Positions 16,954 to 25,901 of a stretch of DNA of 30,367 bases are shown piece after piece (positions within the stretch are counted from its first letter, which is position 1; each line of letters begins with the position of its first letter). Position numbers and translations under genes: made by a program. The notes beneath the pieces are model-generated. The model worked only from the letters and a program-made list of their open reading frames with translations, had not been told where the DNA came from and searched no databases. The stretch is from an uncultured Eubacteriales bacterium (lineage in GTDB: Bacteria > Bacillota > Clostridia > Oscillospirales > Acutalibacteraceae), in NCBI GenBank assembly GCA_900320925.1, contig ONUD01000069.1:1-30367 (forward strand), in the 5' to 3' direction.

Positions 16954-16981
16954 ATTATAGCACGATAGACGGGTTTGTCAA
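16954..16981 (-). promoter_or_regulatory. Consensus sigma-A promoter for the 77-aa ORF
   Basis: TTGACA-16 nt-TATAAT with an extended TG, starting immediately after the accA stop. Confidence 0.8.
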
Positions 16982-16982
16982 G

Positions 16983-17753
16983 TCAGAATTTACGGAAACG
17001 CTCATACCGCATTTCCACCAGTCTGTCAATCGGGATTCCTGCTTTTTTGGCAAAGGTCTGGGCAATGAGATTTTTCAGGCTGTCAAACAGCTTGCTGTCC
17101 ACGTCCTTGGGTTCACGGATGATTCTCTCAATCACGCCCATCTTGAACAGATCCTGTGAAGTGAGCTTCAGGCATTCCGAAGCTTCCGCGGTACGGCTGG
17201 CGTCTTTCCAGAGGATACTGGCACAGCCCTCGGGAGAAATGACCGAGTAGACGGCATTTTCCAGCATCCCTACTTCGTCAGCAACCGCCAGTGCCAATGC
17301 ACCGCCGCTGCCGCCCTCTCCGATGAAAATGGAGAGAACAGGAGTCTTGAGCGTCATCATTTCCATGAGATTCTCGGCAATTGCCTGTCCCTGTCCACGC
17401 TCCTCTGCACCGATCCCGCAGTAAGCTCCCGATGTATCCACAAAGCAGATGACAGGTCTGTGGAATTTTTCCGCCTGCTTCATCAGACGCAGGGCTTTGC
17501 GGTAGCCTTCGGGATGGGCAGAGCCGAAATTTCTTGCCATGCGTTCTTTCAGATTTCTTCCCTTTTCCAGGGCTATCACCGTCACAGCCATTCCATTCAG
17601 TTCCGCAATGCCGCCAATCACGGCCTTGTCATCGGAAAAACGCCTGTCACCGTGCAGTTCAAAGAAGCTGTCCCCGAAAATACGGGCAATATAGTCTACA
17701 GCCGTCGGTCTGTCATTGGCTCTTGCCGCCATGACGCAGTCATAGGCACTCAT
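16983..17753 (-). CDS. accA: Acetyl-CoA carboxylase carboxyltransferase alpha subunit
   Basis: ELHGDRRFSDD, PEGYRKALRLM, GEGGSGGALA, YSVISPEGCASILWK; start MSAYDCV at 17753. Confidence 0.95.
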   Translation of the reverse strand: MSAYDCVMAARANDRPTAVDYIARIFGDSFFELHGDRRFSDDKAVIGGIAELNGMAVTVIALEKGRNLKERMARNFGSAHPEGYRKALRLMKQAEKFHRPVICFVDTSGAYCGIGAEERGQGQAIAENLMEMMTLKTPVLSIFIGEGGSGGALALAVADEVGMLENAVYSVISPEGCASILWKDASRTAEASECLKLTSQDLFKMGVIERIIREPKDVDSKLFDSLKNLIAQTFAKKAGIPIDRLVEMRYERFRKF

Positions 17754-18633
17754 CACTGTCCGCCTCGCTTTCTGCATGAAGTTTCAGGAGTTTTGCCAGA
17801 GTATGCTTCATTTCGGCTCTGGGGACGACCGCATCAATGAATCCCTTTTCCAGCAAAAATTCTGCGGATTGGAAGTCTTTTGGCAGCTTCTGACGAATGG
17901 TCTGTTCAATGACCCTCGGACCCGCAAAGCCGATAAGAGCATGAGGCTCGGCAAGAATGATATCCCCCTCCATGGCAAAGCTGGCTGTCACGCCGCCCGT
18001 GGTGGGGTCCGTCAGAACGGTGATGTAGAGCAGTCCGCAGTCACTGTGAAGTTTGACGGCACCGCTGGTTTTCGCCATCTGCATCAGCGACAGGATTCCC
18101 TCCTGCATTCTGGCACCGCCTGAAACCGTGAAAATAATGACCGGCAGTCTGTGTTCTGCGGCATATTCAAAGGCACGGGTAATTTTCTCTCCCGTGACGG
18201 TTCCCATGGAACCCATCATAAACTGGGAATTCATCACGGCAATCACCGTTGTTTGGCCTTCAATTTGGGCTTTTCCCGTAATGACGGATTCATTTTCGCC
18301 GCTGTTGATTCTGGCATTCCGGAGTTTACGGGTATAATCCGGAAAATCAATGAGATTGGAGGAGGTCATGTCGGCATCAAATTCTTCAAACGTTCCCTTG
18401 TCCACCGTCATGTCGATACGCTGTCTGGCAGGGATACGGAAGTGATAGCTGCATTTCGGGCAGACCTTATAGTTGTCTGCCAAATCCGAGGACAGCACCA
18501 CATTCTTGCAGACGGGACATTTTACCCACAATTCATCAGGGATATACGGTTTATTGTCTTTTGCCTGTTCCTGACCCTCGAGTTCATTTTTAGGTTTCAG
18601 AAAGTTAAATAGATCTTTATTCAATGCCCCCAC
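17740..18633 (-). CDS. accD: Acetyl-CoA carboxylase carboxyltransferase beta subunit
   Basis: Zn finger CPVC...CPKC, MGSMG, SGGARMQEG, TTGGVTASFA, GFAGPRVIEQT. Start GTG 18633 (TTG 18624 alternative). Confidence 0.95.
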   Translation of the reverse strand: MGALNKDLFNFLKPKNELEGQEQAKDNKPYIPDELWVKCPVCKNVVLSSDLADNYKVCPKCSYHFRIPARQRIDMTVDKGTFEEFDADMTSSNLIDFPDYTRKLRNARINSGENESVITGKAQIEGQTTVIAVMNSQFMMGSMGTVTGEKITRAFEYAAEHRLPVIIFTVSGGARMQEGILSLMQMAKTSGAVKLHSDCGLLYITVLTDPTTGGVTASFAMEGDIILAEPHALIGFAGPRVIEQTIRQKLPKDFQSAEFLLEKGFIDAVVPRAEMKHTLAKLLKLHAESEADSDECL

Positions 18634-18636
18634 CCC

Positions 18637-19986
18637 TTACTGATGATTTTTTTCCTTGCGTTCTGCCATGAAGCCTGTTGTATAAGTACCCGACACAAAA
18701 GCAGGGTCGGAAAGAATGTCGATATGCAGGTCACGGTTATGCTTGATACCGTTGATGGTCAGTTCGCTGAGTGCCATTTTCATTTTACGGATAGCAAGCT
18801 CTCTGGAACGAGCCTGCACAATCAGCTTGCCAATCATGGAGTCATAGTAGGGAGGAATTTCATAATCCTGATAGATTGCGGTGTCGAACCGTACACAAGG
18901 GCCTCCGGGGACGTGAATAAACTCGATTCTGCCGCAGCCCGGGCGGAAGTCATTGTCAGGATCCTCGGCATTGATACGGCATTCAATGGCATTGCCGTGC
19001 ATAAAGACCCTGTCTTGCGTAATGGTCAGCTTGGAGCCGGAGGCAATGCGAATCTGCCACTGTACAATGTCCAGTCCCGTCACCATTTCTGTCACAGGAT
19101 GTTCCACCTGCAAACGGGTATTCATTTCCATAAAGTAAAAATTCTTATCTGCATCCAATAAAAACTCCACCGTACCCGCATTTTCATAATTGACAGCTTT
19201 GGCAGCCTTGACGGCCGCTTCCATCATTTTTTTCCGAATATCAGGGGTAATGGCAGGAGAGGGACTTTCTTCTATCAGCTTCTGATTTTTCCGCTGCACC
19301 GAGCATTCCCGTTCCCCCAGACATACGACATTGCCGTATTTATCTGCAAGGAGCTGCATTTCGATATGCTTCACGGGAGACAGAAATTTTTCCATATACA
19401 CTGCCCCATCACCGAACGCACTTTGTGCTTCCGCCTTGGCAGAGAGGAAGGCATTGTCAAAGTCCTCGATTTTGTCCACCCGTCTGATGCCTCTGCCGCC
19501 GCCGCCGGAGCGTGCCTTCACAAGCAGCGGAAAGCCGATTTCTGCCGCCTTTTCTCTGGCACTGTCGATATCATCAATGACATCACTGCCCGGGGTCACG
19601 GGTACACCGGCTTCACGCATGGTTTTTCTTGCTTCATCCTTGTCGCCCAGCCGCTCGATCATACGGGAGGACGGACCGATAAATTCGATATTGCACTGCT
19701 CACACAAAGAAACAAACTTGGCATTTTCCGATAATAATCCATATCCCGGGTGAATGGCCTGAGCCCCCGAAACCACTGCCACCTCTAAGATTGCTGCCAT
19801 ATTCAGATAGCTGTCAGCGACCTGAGCCCCCCCGATGCAGTAGCTTTCATCTGCCATGCTGACGTGCAGGGCATTTTTATCTGCCTGTGAGTAGACCGCA
19901 ACGGTCGCAATGCCCATCTCACGGCAGGCACGGATGATTCTGACAGCGATTTCTCCACGATTGGCGATCAATATCTTTGAAAACAT
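18637..19986 (-). CDS. accC: Biotin carboxylase
   Basis: ILIANRGEIAVR, HPGYGLLSEN, GGGGRG, EMNTRLQVEHPVTE; start MFSKIL at 19986. Confidence 0.96.
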   Translation of the reverse strand: MFSKILIANRGEIAVRIIRACREMGIATVAVYSQADKNALHVSMADESYCIGGAQVADSYLNMAAILEVAVVSGAQAIHPGYGLLSENAKFVSLCEQCNIEFIGPSSRMIERLGDKDEARKTMREAGVPVTPGSDVIDDIDSAREKAAEIGFPLLVKARSGGGGRGIRRVDKIEDFDNAFLSAKAEAQSAFGDGAVYMEKFLSPVKHIEMQLLADKYGNVVCLGERECSVQRKNQKLIEESPSPAITPDIRKKMMEAAVKAAKAVNYENAGTVEFLLDADKNFYFMEMNTRLQVEHPVTEMVTGLDIVQWQIRIASGSKLTITQDRVFMHGNAIECRINAEDPDNDFRPGCGRIEFIHVPGGPCVRFDTAIYQDYEIPPYYDSMIGKLIVQARSRELAIRKMKMALSELTINGIKHNRDLHIDILSDPAFVSGTYTTGFMAERKEKNHQ

Positions 19987-19991
19987 GGCCT

Positions 19992-20423
19992 TCAACCTTT
20001 CTGCTCTCTCGGAAGGAGTGCAAAGGAAAATTCTGCCGATACCGCCAGTTTGCCGTTGACATAGCCCTTGCCGGTGATGAAGTAGAAGCGTTCACGGCGG
20101 ATGTCTGTCAGTTCACACTTGATATCCAGTGTATCCCCAGGCAGCACCTTGCTTTTGAATTTGGCTTTTTCAATGCCCGTAAAGTAGGGGGTGCTGACGG
20201 CAGATACCTCTGCAATAATGACAGAGCTTGCCTGTGCCATCATTTCGCACAAAATAACGCCCGGTACCACGGGATTGCCGGGGAAATGTCCGTCCAGGAA
20301 CCACTCGTCCCCTTTGATATATTTTTTTCCCTCACAGGTTTTCTCGGAGGTTTTGGTTGCTTCGTCAATCAGAAGCATGGAATTTCTGTGGGGAATGACA
20401 TTTTTCAGTTCTTCTTTGTTCAT
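19992..20423 (-). CDS. fabZ: 3-hydroxyacyl-ACP dehydratase
   Basis: IPHR..MLLID and GHFPGNPVVPGVILCEMMAQ (catalytic His/Glu). Confidence 0.92.
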   Translation of the reverse strand: MNKEELKNVIPHRNSMLLIDEATKTSEKTCEGKKYIKGDEWFLDGHFPGNPVVPGVILCEMMAQASSVIIAEVSAVSTPYFTGIEKAKFKSKVLPGDTLDIKCELTDIRRERFYFITGKGYVNGKLAVSAEFSFALLPREQKG

Positions 20424-20436
20424 GGTATGTCCTCCC

Positions 20437-20895
20437 TTACTGAATCAGGAACAGCGGCTGACCGTATTCCACCACTTGACCGTTTTCAACGCAAACTTCT
20501 ACAATGTCACCGCTTTTTTCTGCCGTGACCTCGTTCATCAGCTTCATTGCTTCGATCAGGCACAGGACATCGCCCTTTTCCACCCTTGTGCCGACAGAAA
20601 CATACGGTTCTTTGTCGGGGGCAGGAGCGGCATAAAACACCCCTACCATCGGGGAAGTAACGGGAGTTCCCTCTTTTTTGGTAACAGATTTCGGTCTTAC
20701 TTCCGTTTCTGCCGAGTCAGCTTCCTCTGCCGGAGGGACTGCCATGACCATTTTTTCCGCAGCGGCAGGTTTTGTCTGCTGTTGGGAAAAGGTGATCTGC
20801 TGACCGTCCTCGGTCTTGATTTCCAGTTTGGTTGCCTTGGATTCATCAAAGGCTTTCAGAAGCTCCTTGATTTCGTCTACACGATACATTGCCAT
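20437..20895 (-). CDS. accB: Biotin carboxyl carrier protein
   Basis: SPMVGVFY and EAMKLMNE biotinylation motif. Confidence 0.96.
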   Translation of the reverse strand: MAMYRVDEIKELLKAFDESKATKLEIKTEDGQQITFSQQQTKPAAAEKMVMAVPPAEEADSAETEVRPKSVTKKEGTPVTSPMVGVFYAAPAPDKEPYVSVGTRVEKGDVLCLIEAMKLMNEVTAEKSGDIVEVCVENGQVVEYGQPLFLIQ

Positions 20896-20908
20896 CTGCT
20901 CCTTTCCG

Positions 20909-22126
20909 TCATTTTTTCAGCACAATGCAGGCATTGTGTCCGCCAAAGCCGAAAGTCGTGGACAGTGCCATATCCACCTCTGCCTGTACCGCCTTGTTCG
21001 GCGTATAGTCAAGGTCACATTCGGGATCCGGTTCCTTGTAGCCGATGGTCGGAGGAATCACGCCCTCTTTCAGTGCCAGCGTAGCGGCAATGGCTTCCAC
21101 CGCCCCTGTTGCCCCCAGCATATGACCCGTCATCGACTTGGTCGAGCTGATATGTGCCTTGTAAGCCCTGTCGCCCAGAGCAATCTTGAATGCTCTTGTT
21201 TCGGTGACATCATTCATCGGGGTACTGGTACCGTGGGCATTGATGTACAGTTCTTCGTCCCCCTTGTAGCCGGCTTCCTTCAGTGCGATGGCAATACATT
21301 GGGAAGCCCCTGATGCATCGGGAGCGGGAGCCGTAATATGATGGGCATCACAGGTGTTGCCGTAGCCGCAGATTTCTGCATAGATGGTTGCCCCTCTTGC
21401 CACAGCGTGTTCATACTCTTCCAGCACCAAAATACCTGCTCCTTCGCCCAGTACAAAGCCGTTTCTTCTTTTGTCAAACGGGATAGAAGCGTTGGCAGGG
21501 TCATCACTCATGGTCAAAGCCTTGCAGCTGGTAAAGCCTTTCATGGTCAGCGGATGGACAGCGGCCTCCGAGCCTCCTGCAATAATGGCATCAGCCAGTC
21601 CGTACTTGATGGCATGGAACGCTTCTCCGACAGCATGGGTCGAAGTGGAGCAAGCCGTTACCACGGGCAGGCATGGTCCTTTGGCATTGTATTTGATGGC
21701 AACATTGCCCGAAGCGATGTTGGCGATCATCATCGGAATAAAAAACGGTGAAATATTCTTGTCGTTGAACATATTTTCACACTGCTCATAAAACGTGATA
21801 ATGCCGCCGACACCCGAACCGATATAGACACCCAGCCGTTCCGGTTCAATACTGCCGGCAATTTTGCTGTCCTCCATTGCCTGTGCCGCAGCGGCAAGGG
21901 CATACTGACAGAACAGATCCAGTTTTCTGCACTCTCTTTTTTCAATGTATTGTGTCGGGTCAAAGTTTTTGACCTCGGCAGCCACCTTGGCTTTGGTCAT
22001 AGCAGGGTCATAACGTGTGATGATATTGATACCGCAGACGCCGTTTTTCAGGGAATTCCACATGGTCGGGACATCATTGCCGACAGGTGTGACCGCACCC
22101 ATGCCTGTTATTACAACTCTTCTCAT
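20909..22126 (-). CDS. fabF: 3-oxoacyl-ACP synthase II
   Basis: RRVVITGMG, TACST, HGTST and GHMLG (Cys-His-His triad). Confidence 0.96.
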   Translation of the reverse strand: MRRVVITGMGAVTPVGNDVPTMWNSLKNGVCGINIITRYDPAMTKAKVAAEVKNFDPTQYIEKRECRKLDLFCQYALAAAAQAMEDSKIAGSIEPERLGVYIGSGVGGIITFYEQCENMFNDKNISPFFIPMMIANIASGNVAIKYNAKGPCLPVVTACSTSTHAVGEAFHAIKYGLADAIIAGGSEAAVHPLTMKGFTSCKALTMSDDPANASIPFDKRRNGFVLGEGAGILVLEEYEHAVARGATIYAEICGYGNTCDAHHITAPAPDASGASQCIAIALKEAGYKGDEELYINAHGTSTPMNDVTETRAFKIALGDRAYKAHISSTKSMTGHMLGATGAVEAIAATLALKEGVIPPTIGYKEPDPECDLDYTPNKAVQAEVDMALSTTFGFGGHNACIVLKK

Positions 22127-22158
22127 TTATGTCAGCCCTTTCTTTCAATTCAGTCGTT

Positions 22159-22905
22159 TTAGATTGCCATGCCTCCATCTACTTTGATGACCTCACCCGT
22201 GACATAGGCGGCCTCATCGGAAGCAAGGAACAAAGCTGTATTGGCAATATCGTCCACCTGTCCGGCACGCTTCATCGGAATGGAAGCAATCGCCGCTTCC
22301 CTTGCCTTTTCGGGCATGGAGGCCGTCATATCGGTGGCAATGAAGCCCGGTGCAATGGCATTGACCGTCACGTTGCGGGAAGCCAGCTCCTTGGCAACGG
22401 ATTTGGTCATGCCGATAATGCCCGCCTTGGCACTGGCATAGTTGGACTGTCCCGCATTGCCGTTAATGCCGACAACTGATGCCATATTGATAATTCTTCC
22501 TCTGCGTTTTTTCATAAAGTGCTGATAGACACTCTTTGTCATATTGAAAGTACCCTTGAGGTTCACGCTGATAACCCTGTCAAAGTCCTCCTCTTTCATG
22601 GAAAGCATGAGTCCGTCACGGATAATGCCGGCATTGTTGACAAGGATATGCACCTCGCCAAATTCTTTAATCACGTCCTCGACCAGTGCTTTGGCAGCGT
22701 TGAAGTCGGAAACGTCACATTCATAGCCTTTTGCCTTGATGCCCATGGCATTCAGTTCCTGTTCGGTCTGTGCGGCATTCTCGCCGTCACCGAAATGCAG
22801 AAAGGCAATATTGGCTCCCTGTCCTGCAAACTTCATGGCAATGGCCTTGCCGATTCCTCTGGAAGCACCTGTAATGATAGCGGTTTTACCTGTGAGTTCA
22901 AACAT
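22159..22905 (-). CDS. fabG: 3-oxoacyl-ACP reductase
   Basis: TGASRGIG, NNAG, YASAK and NAIAPG SDR motifs; start MFELTGK at 22905. Confidence 0.96.
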   Translation of the reverse strand: MFELTGKTAIITGASRGIGKAIAMKFAGQGANIAFLHFGDGENAAQTEQELNAMGIKAKGYECDVSDFNAAKALVEDVIKEFGEVHILVNNAGIIRDGLMLSMKEEDFDRVISVNLKGTFNMTKSVYQHFMKKRRGRIINMASVVGINGNAGQSNYASAKAGIIGMTKSVAKELASRNVTVNAIAPGFIATDMTASMPEKAREAAIASIPMKRAGQVDDIANTALFLASDEAAYVTGEVIKVDGGMAI

Positions 22906-22924
22906 CGTATTGCCCCGATACTCT

Positions 22925-23815
22925 TCAGAGAGTATCAAGTCCCTCCTTATTTTCTATATTTACAGCTTTTACATCTGCATTGATTTTTTTGATAAGCCCT
23001 GTCAGCGTTTTGCCGACACCGACCTCGATAAAGGTATCCGTACCGTTTTGTATCATGTTTTCAACGGACTTCTGCCATCTGACGGGATGGTTGACCTGTG
23101 CCGCAATCAGGGTCTTGTAATTGCCTGCATACGGCTCGGCGGTGCAGTTGGCATACACGGGCATTTTCGGTTCCGACAGAACAATGCCTTTCAGATACTC
23201 CGAAAGACCGGCGGCCGCCTCATCCATAAACGGGGAGTGGAAGGCACCGCTGACAGCTAACTTTACGGCCTTGCCCTTTGCTTCCTTTACTTTGTCACAA
23301 AGAGCGTCAATTTCCTCCCGTGCCGCCGCTACAACGGTTTGGGCAGGACTGTTGTAGTTTACGGGATAAGCTTTCTCGAACTGTGAGCAGATTTCTTCCG
23401 TCATTTCGGGGGAAATCTTCATCACAGCCGCCATTGCTCCGGGGTGTTCTTTTGCCGCCTTGTCCATCAGTTCCGCCCGCTTGCAAACCAGACGAAAGGC
23501 TTCTTCATACGACAACATTCCTGCAAAGGCAATCGCCGCAATTTCTCCCAAAGAAAACCCTGCCACGCAGTCAATTTTGATCCCCTTTTCGGCAACTGCC
23601 GCAGCGGCGGCAAGGTCGGTGATGAATACGCAGGGCTGTGTATTGATTGTCACGGACAGTTCTTCTTTGGTTCCCTCAAAGCACTGTCTGAGGGTATCGG
23701 GGCGAATCTGTTCCGCCATATCAAATACGTTTCTTGCGGCGGGGGAACATTCATACAGTTCCTTTCCCATGCCGGGATACTGGGCACCCTGTCCCGAAAA
23801 AACCAATGCGGTCAT
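22925..23815 (-). CDS. fabD: Malonyl-CoA:ACP transacylase
   Basis: FSGQGAQYPGMG, TQP, GFSLG nucleophile elbow, SGAFHS; start at 23815 with an ATGA overlap to the fabH stop. Confidence 0.95.
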   Translation of the reverse strand: MTALVFSGQGAQYPGMGKELYECSPAARNVFDMAEQIRPDTLRQCFEGTKEELSVTINTQPCVFITDLAAAAAVAEKGIKIDCVAGFSLGEIAAIAFAGMLSYEEAFRLVCKRAELMDKAAKEHPGAMAAVMKISPEMTEEICSQFEKAYPVNYNSPAQTVVAAAREEIDALCDKVKEAKGKAVKLAVSGAFHSPFMDEAAAGLSEYLKGIVLSEPKMPVYANCTAEPYAGNYKTLIAAQVNHPVRWQKSVENMIQNGTDTFIEVGVGKTLTGLIKKINADVKAVNIENKEGLDTL

Positions 23816-24783
23816 TTTTCTTCCCCCTTGTTCCAGCGAATGACACAGCTGCCCGTGGTAAGTCCTGCCCCGAACGCACACATGGCAATGATGTCACCCT
23901 TTTTCAGCACGCCTGAACGGTTAGCTTCATCCAGTGCAATCGGCACACTGCCTGAGGACGTATTCCCGTAGTGCATGACATTGCAGAAAAACTTTTCTTT
24001 CGGAATGTCCAGATTCTTGGCAGAAGCATTGATAATGCGGATATTGGCTTGGTGAGGGATCACGCAGTCCACCTCTTTCATTTCCAGCCCTGCATCTGCC
24101 ACGGATTTTTTAATGCCGGTTGCCATGGCATTGACGGCAAATTTGTAAACCTCATTGCCCTCCATGTGCAGTACGGCACGTTCCTCGTCATGCTCATAAA
24201 ATGGAGAGGAATTCGTACCGTGGGGAATCCGCAGAACCTTGTCATTGCCGACAGCCGTGAGGTTGATGGACAGCAGGTCATCCCCTTCCCCCAGCACGGC
24301 CGCTGCACCGCCGTCACCGAACAGCACACAGGTAGCACGGTCTTTCCAGTCAATGATATTGGAGAGGTTGTCCATGGACACAATCAGCACATACCTGACC
24401 TTTTTTCTGACAAAATAGCCGTCGGCAATGTCCAGTGCATAGATAAATCCCGAACAGGCGGCATTGACATCAAATGCCGGACAGGTCGCACCAATCTCCT
24501 TTTGAATGACACAGGCCTGTGAGGGAGTGATGTTTTCCCCCCTCATGGTCGAGCAGATAATCAGATCCAACTGTTCGGGAGAGACACCTGCATTTTCCAA
24601 AGCGGCATTGGCTGCTTTCACGGTCAGTTCCGTCAGTGTTTCGGACTTGCAGATATGCCGTTCCTGTATGCCGGTTCTGGTGCGTATCCACTCGTCATTC
24701 GTTTCGACCATCGTGGACAGTTCCTCATTGGTCAAAACATATTCAGGTACGGCTTTGCCTGTACCCAAGATACTGAAGCTCAT
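23812..24783 (-). CDS. fabH: 3-oxoacyl-ACP synthase III
   Basis: AACSG, PHQAN and GNTSS (Cys-His-Asn triad); start MSFSILG at 24783 after GGAGG. Confidence 0.96.
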   Translation of the reverse strand: MSFSILGTGKAVPEYVLTNEELSTMVETNDEWIRTRTGIQERHICKSETLTELTVKAANAALENAGVSPEQLDLIICSTMRGENITPSQACVIQKEIGATCPAFDVNAACSGFIYALDIADGYFVRKKVRYVLIVSMDNLSNIIDWKDRATCVLFGDGGAAAVLGEGDDLLSINLTAVGNDKVLRIPHGTNSSPFYEHDEERAVLHMEGNEVYKFAVNAMATGIKKSVADAGLEMKEVDCVIPHQANIRIINASAKNLDIPKEKFFCNVMHYGNTSSGSVPIALDEANRSGVLKKGDIIAMCAFGAGLTTGSCVIRWNKGEEK

Positions 24784-24860
24784 AACCATATTCCTCCATT
24801 TTTCATTTAATATGCAAAATCTCACTTTATGTTATATTTTTAGGAATCACTTATCACTTT

Positions 24861-24889
24861 ATTTTATAATAAATTCCCTCTTTTGTCAA
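24861..24889 (-). promoter_or_regulatory. sigma-A promoter of the fab/acc operon
   Basis: TTGACA-17 nt-TAAAAT. Confidence 0.75.
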
Positions 24890-24955
24890 GGAGCTATGAA
24901 ACGGCAAACAAATGAAAAATCAGGCGGAATTTGCGTGACTGCCTGCAAGAAACTC

Positions 24956-24985
24956 TTGATTTCCGGATAGAGAGTGTGATACAAT
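24956..24985 (+). promoter_or_regulatory. Divergent sigma-A-like promoter for the acidic surface protein
   Basis: TTGATT-18 nt-TACAAT with an extended TG; its position argues the start codon is 25029, not 24987. Confidence 0.55.
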
Positions 24986-25028
24986 CATGGGGAAGTATCA
25001 AAACATCTTTACGGAAGGATATTTGGTT

Positions 25029-25808
25029 ATGAGGAATCCAAAAAGCTTGCTCCGTTTTGCAGTATGGACGTTGGTGCTGGCAGGGATGATGGGCTGTTCT
25101 GTGCCGGTACTGGCGGAAGAGGAACTTTCAGAGCTGTCCGAGCCGTCCGCCGTGCAGGAAAGCAGCATAGAAGAAGTGTCTGAGCCGCCTTTGGAATCAT
25201 CGGACAGCAGCATGGAGGAAGAACCCTCTTATGAAGAGGTTTCACAGCCGTCCGAGGAAGAGGAATCGTTTGCCGATACCGAGCCGTCTTATGAACCCGA
25301 ATGGGAACCGTCCTATGAGGAAGAATCGAGTACCGTGGAAGAAGAAGATCCGTTTCCATGGGCAAGAGAACCCGAAGAATCCTATTCCTACTATGACAGC
25401 AGCCAGATGGAATACAGCGAGGAGGAGAGCATCGTTTCCTATATAGAGGAAACCGTGTCTGACGAGGAACCCACAGAGTCCTATCAGGAGGAAGAGGAAA
25501 GCTCTGAACCTTCCGTGACCTTTCAGGAAACCTCCGTTGACAACTCCGAACTGACCCAAAAAGACTGGGAAAAGCTGAAAGATCATCTCAATTCGGAAAT
25601 GAAACTCCACAATCACGACAGCAAAAGTACCGATACCGCCGTCAGAGACATCAAAGACAACGATGCTGCCGGCAATGATGCGGTTGCTTATCTGATATGG
25701 GGACTGATTCTGATCGGTCTGGGAGTGGCCGTGATCGTGTTTGTCATCACCTATACGATGCACGTCAAACGCAGCACGGAAACATCGGCAGCAAAAAAAT
25801 CGGAATAA
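25029..25808 (+). CDS. Secreted, C-terminally membrane-anchored acidic Glu/Ser/Pro-rich low-complexity protein
   Basis: Signal peptide MRNPKSLLRFAVWTLVLAGMMGCSVPVLA|EE, long acidic stalk with three EPSYE repeats, TM segment YLIWGLILIGLGVAVIVFVITY, short basic tail; GAAGGA RBS. Confidence 0.8.
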   Translation: MRNPKSLLRFAVWTLVLAGMMGCSVPVLAEEELSELSEPSAVQESSIEEVSEPPLESSDSSMEEEPSYEEVSQPSEEEESFADTEPSYEPEWEPSYEEESSTVEEEDPFPWAREPEESYSYYDSSQMEYSEEESIVSYIEETVSDEEPTESYQEEEESSEPSVTFQETSVDNSELTQKDWEKLKDHLNSEMKLHNHDSKSTDTAVRDIKDNDAAGNDAVAYLIWGLILIGLGVAVIVFVITYTMHVKRSTETSAAKKSE

Positions 25809-25823
25809 AAAATAACTTGTCGA

Positions 25824-25852
25824 TTGCATTTTACTTTTTTGTGTGTTATAAT
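25824..25852 (+). promoter_or_regulatory. sigma-A promoter for the transketolase genes
   Basis: TTGCAT-17 nt-TATAAT with an extended TG. Confidence 0.75.
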
Positions 25853-25901
25853 TGGAGCGGATGGCAATTTGTTATCATGCAATGGGAGGAATGGTAAAAA
25901 C

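Noticed and set aside
25029-25100. Lipobox in the acidic protein (MMGC)
   Set aside because: Poor match to [LVI][ASTVI][GAS]C; the signal peptidase I site VLA|EE fits better.
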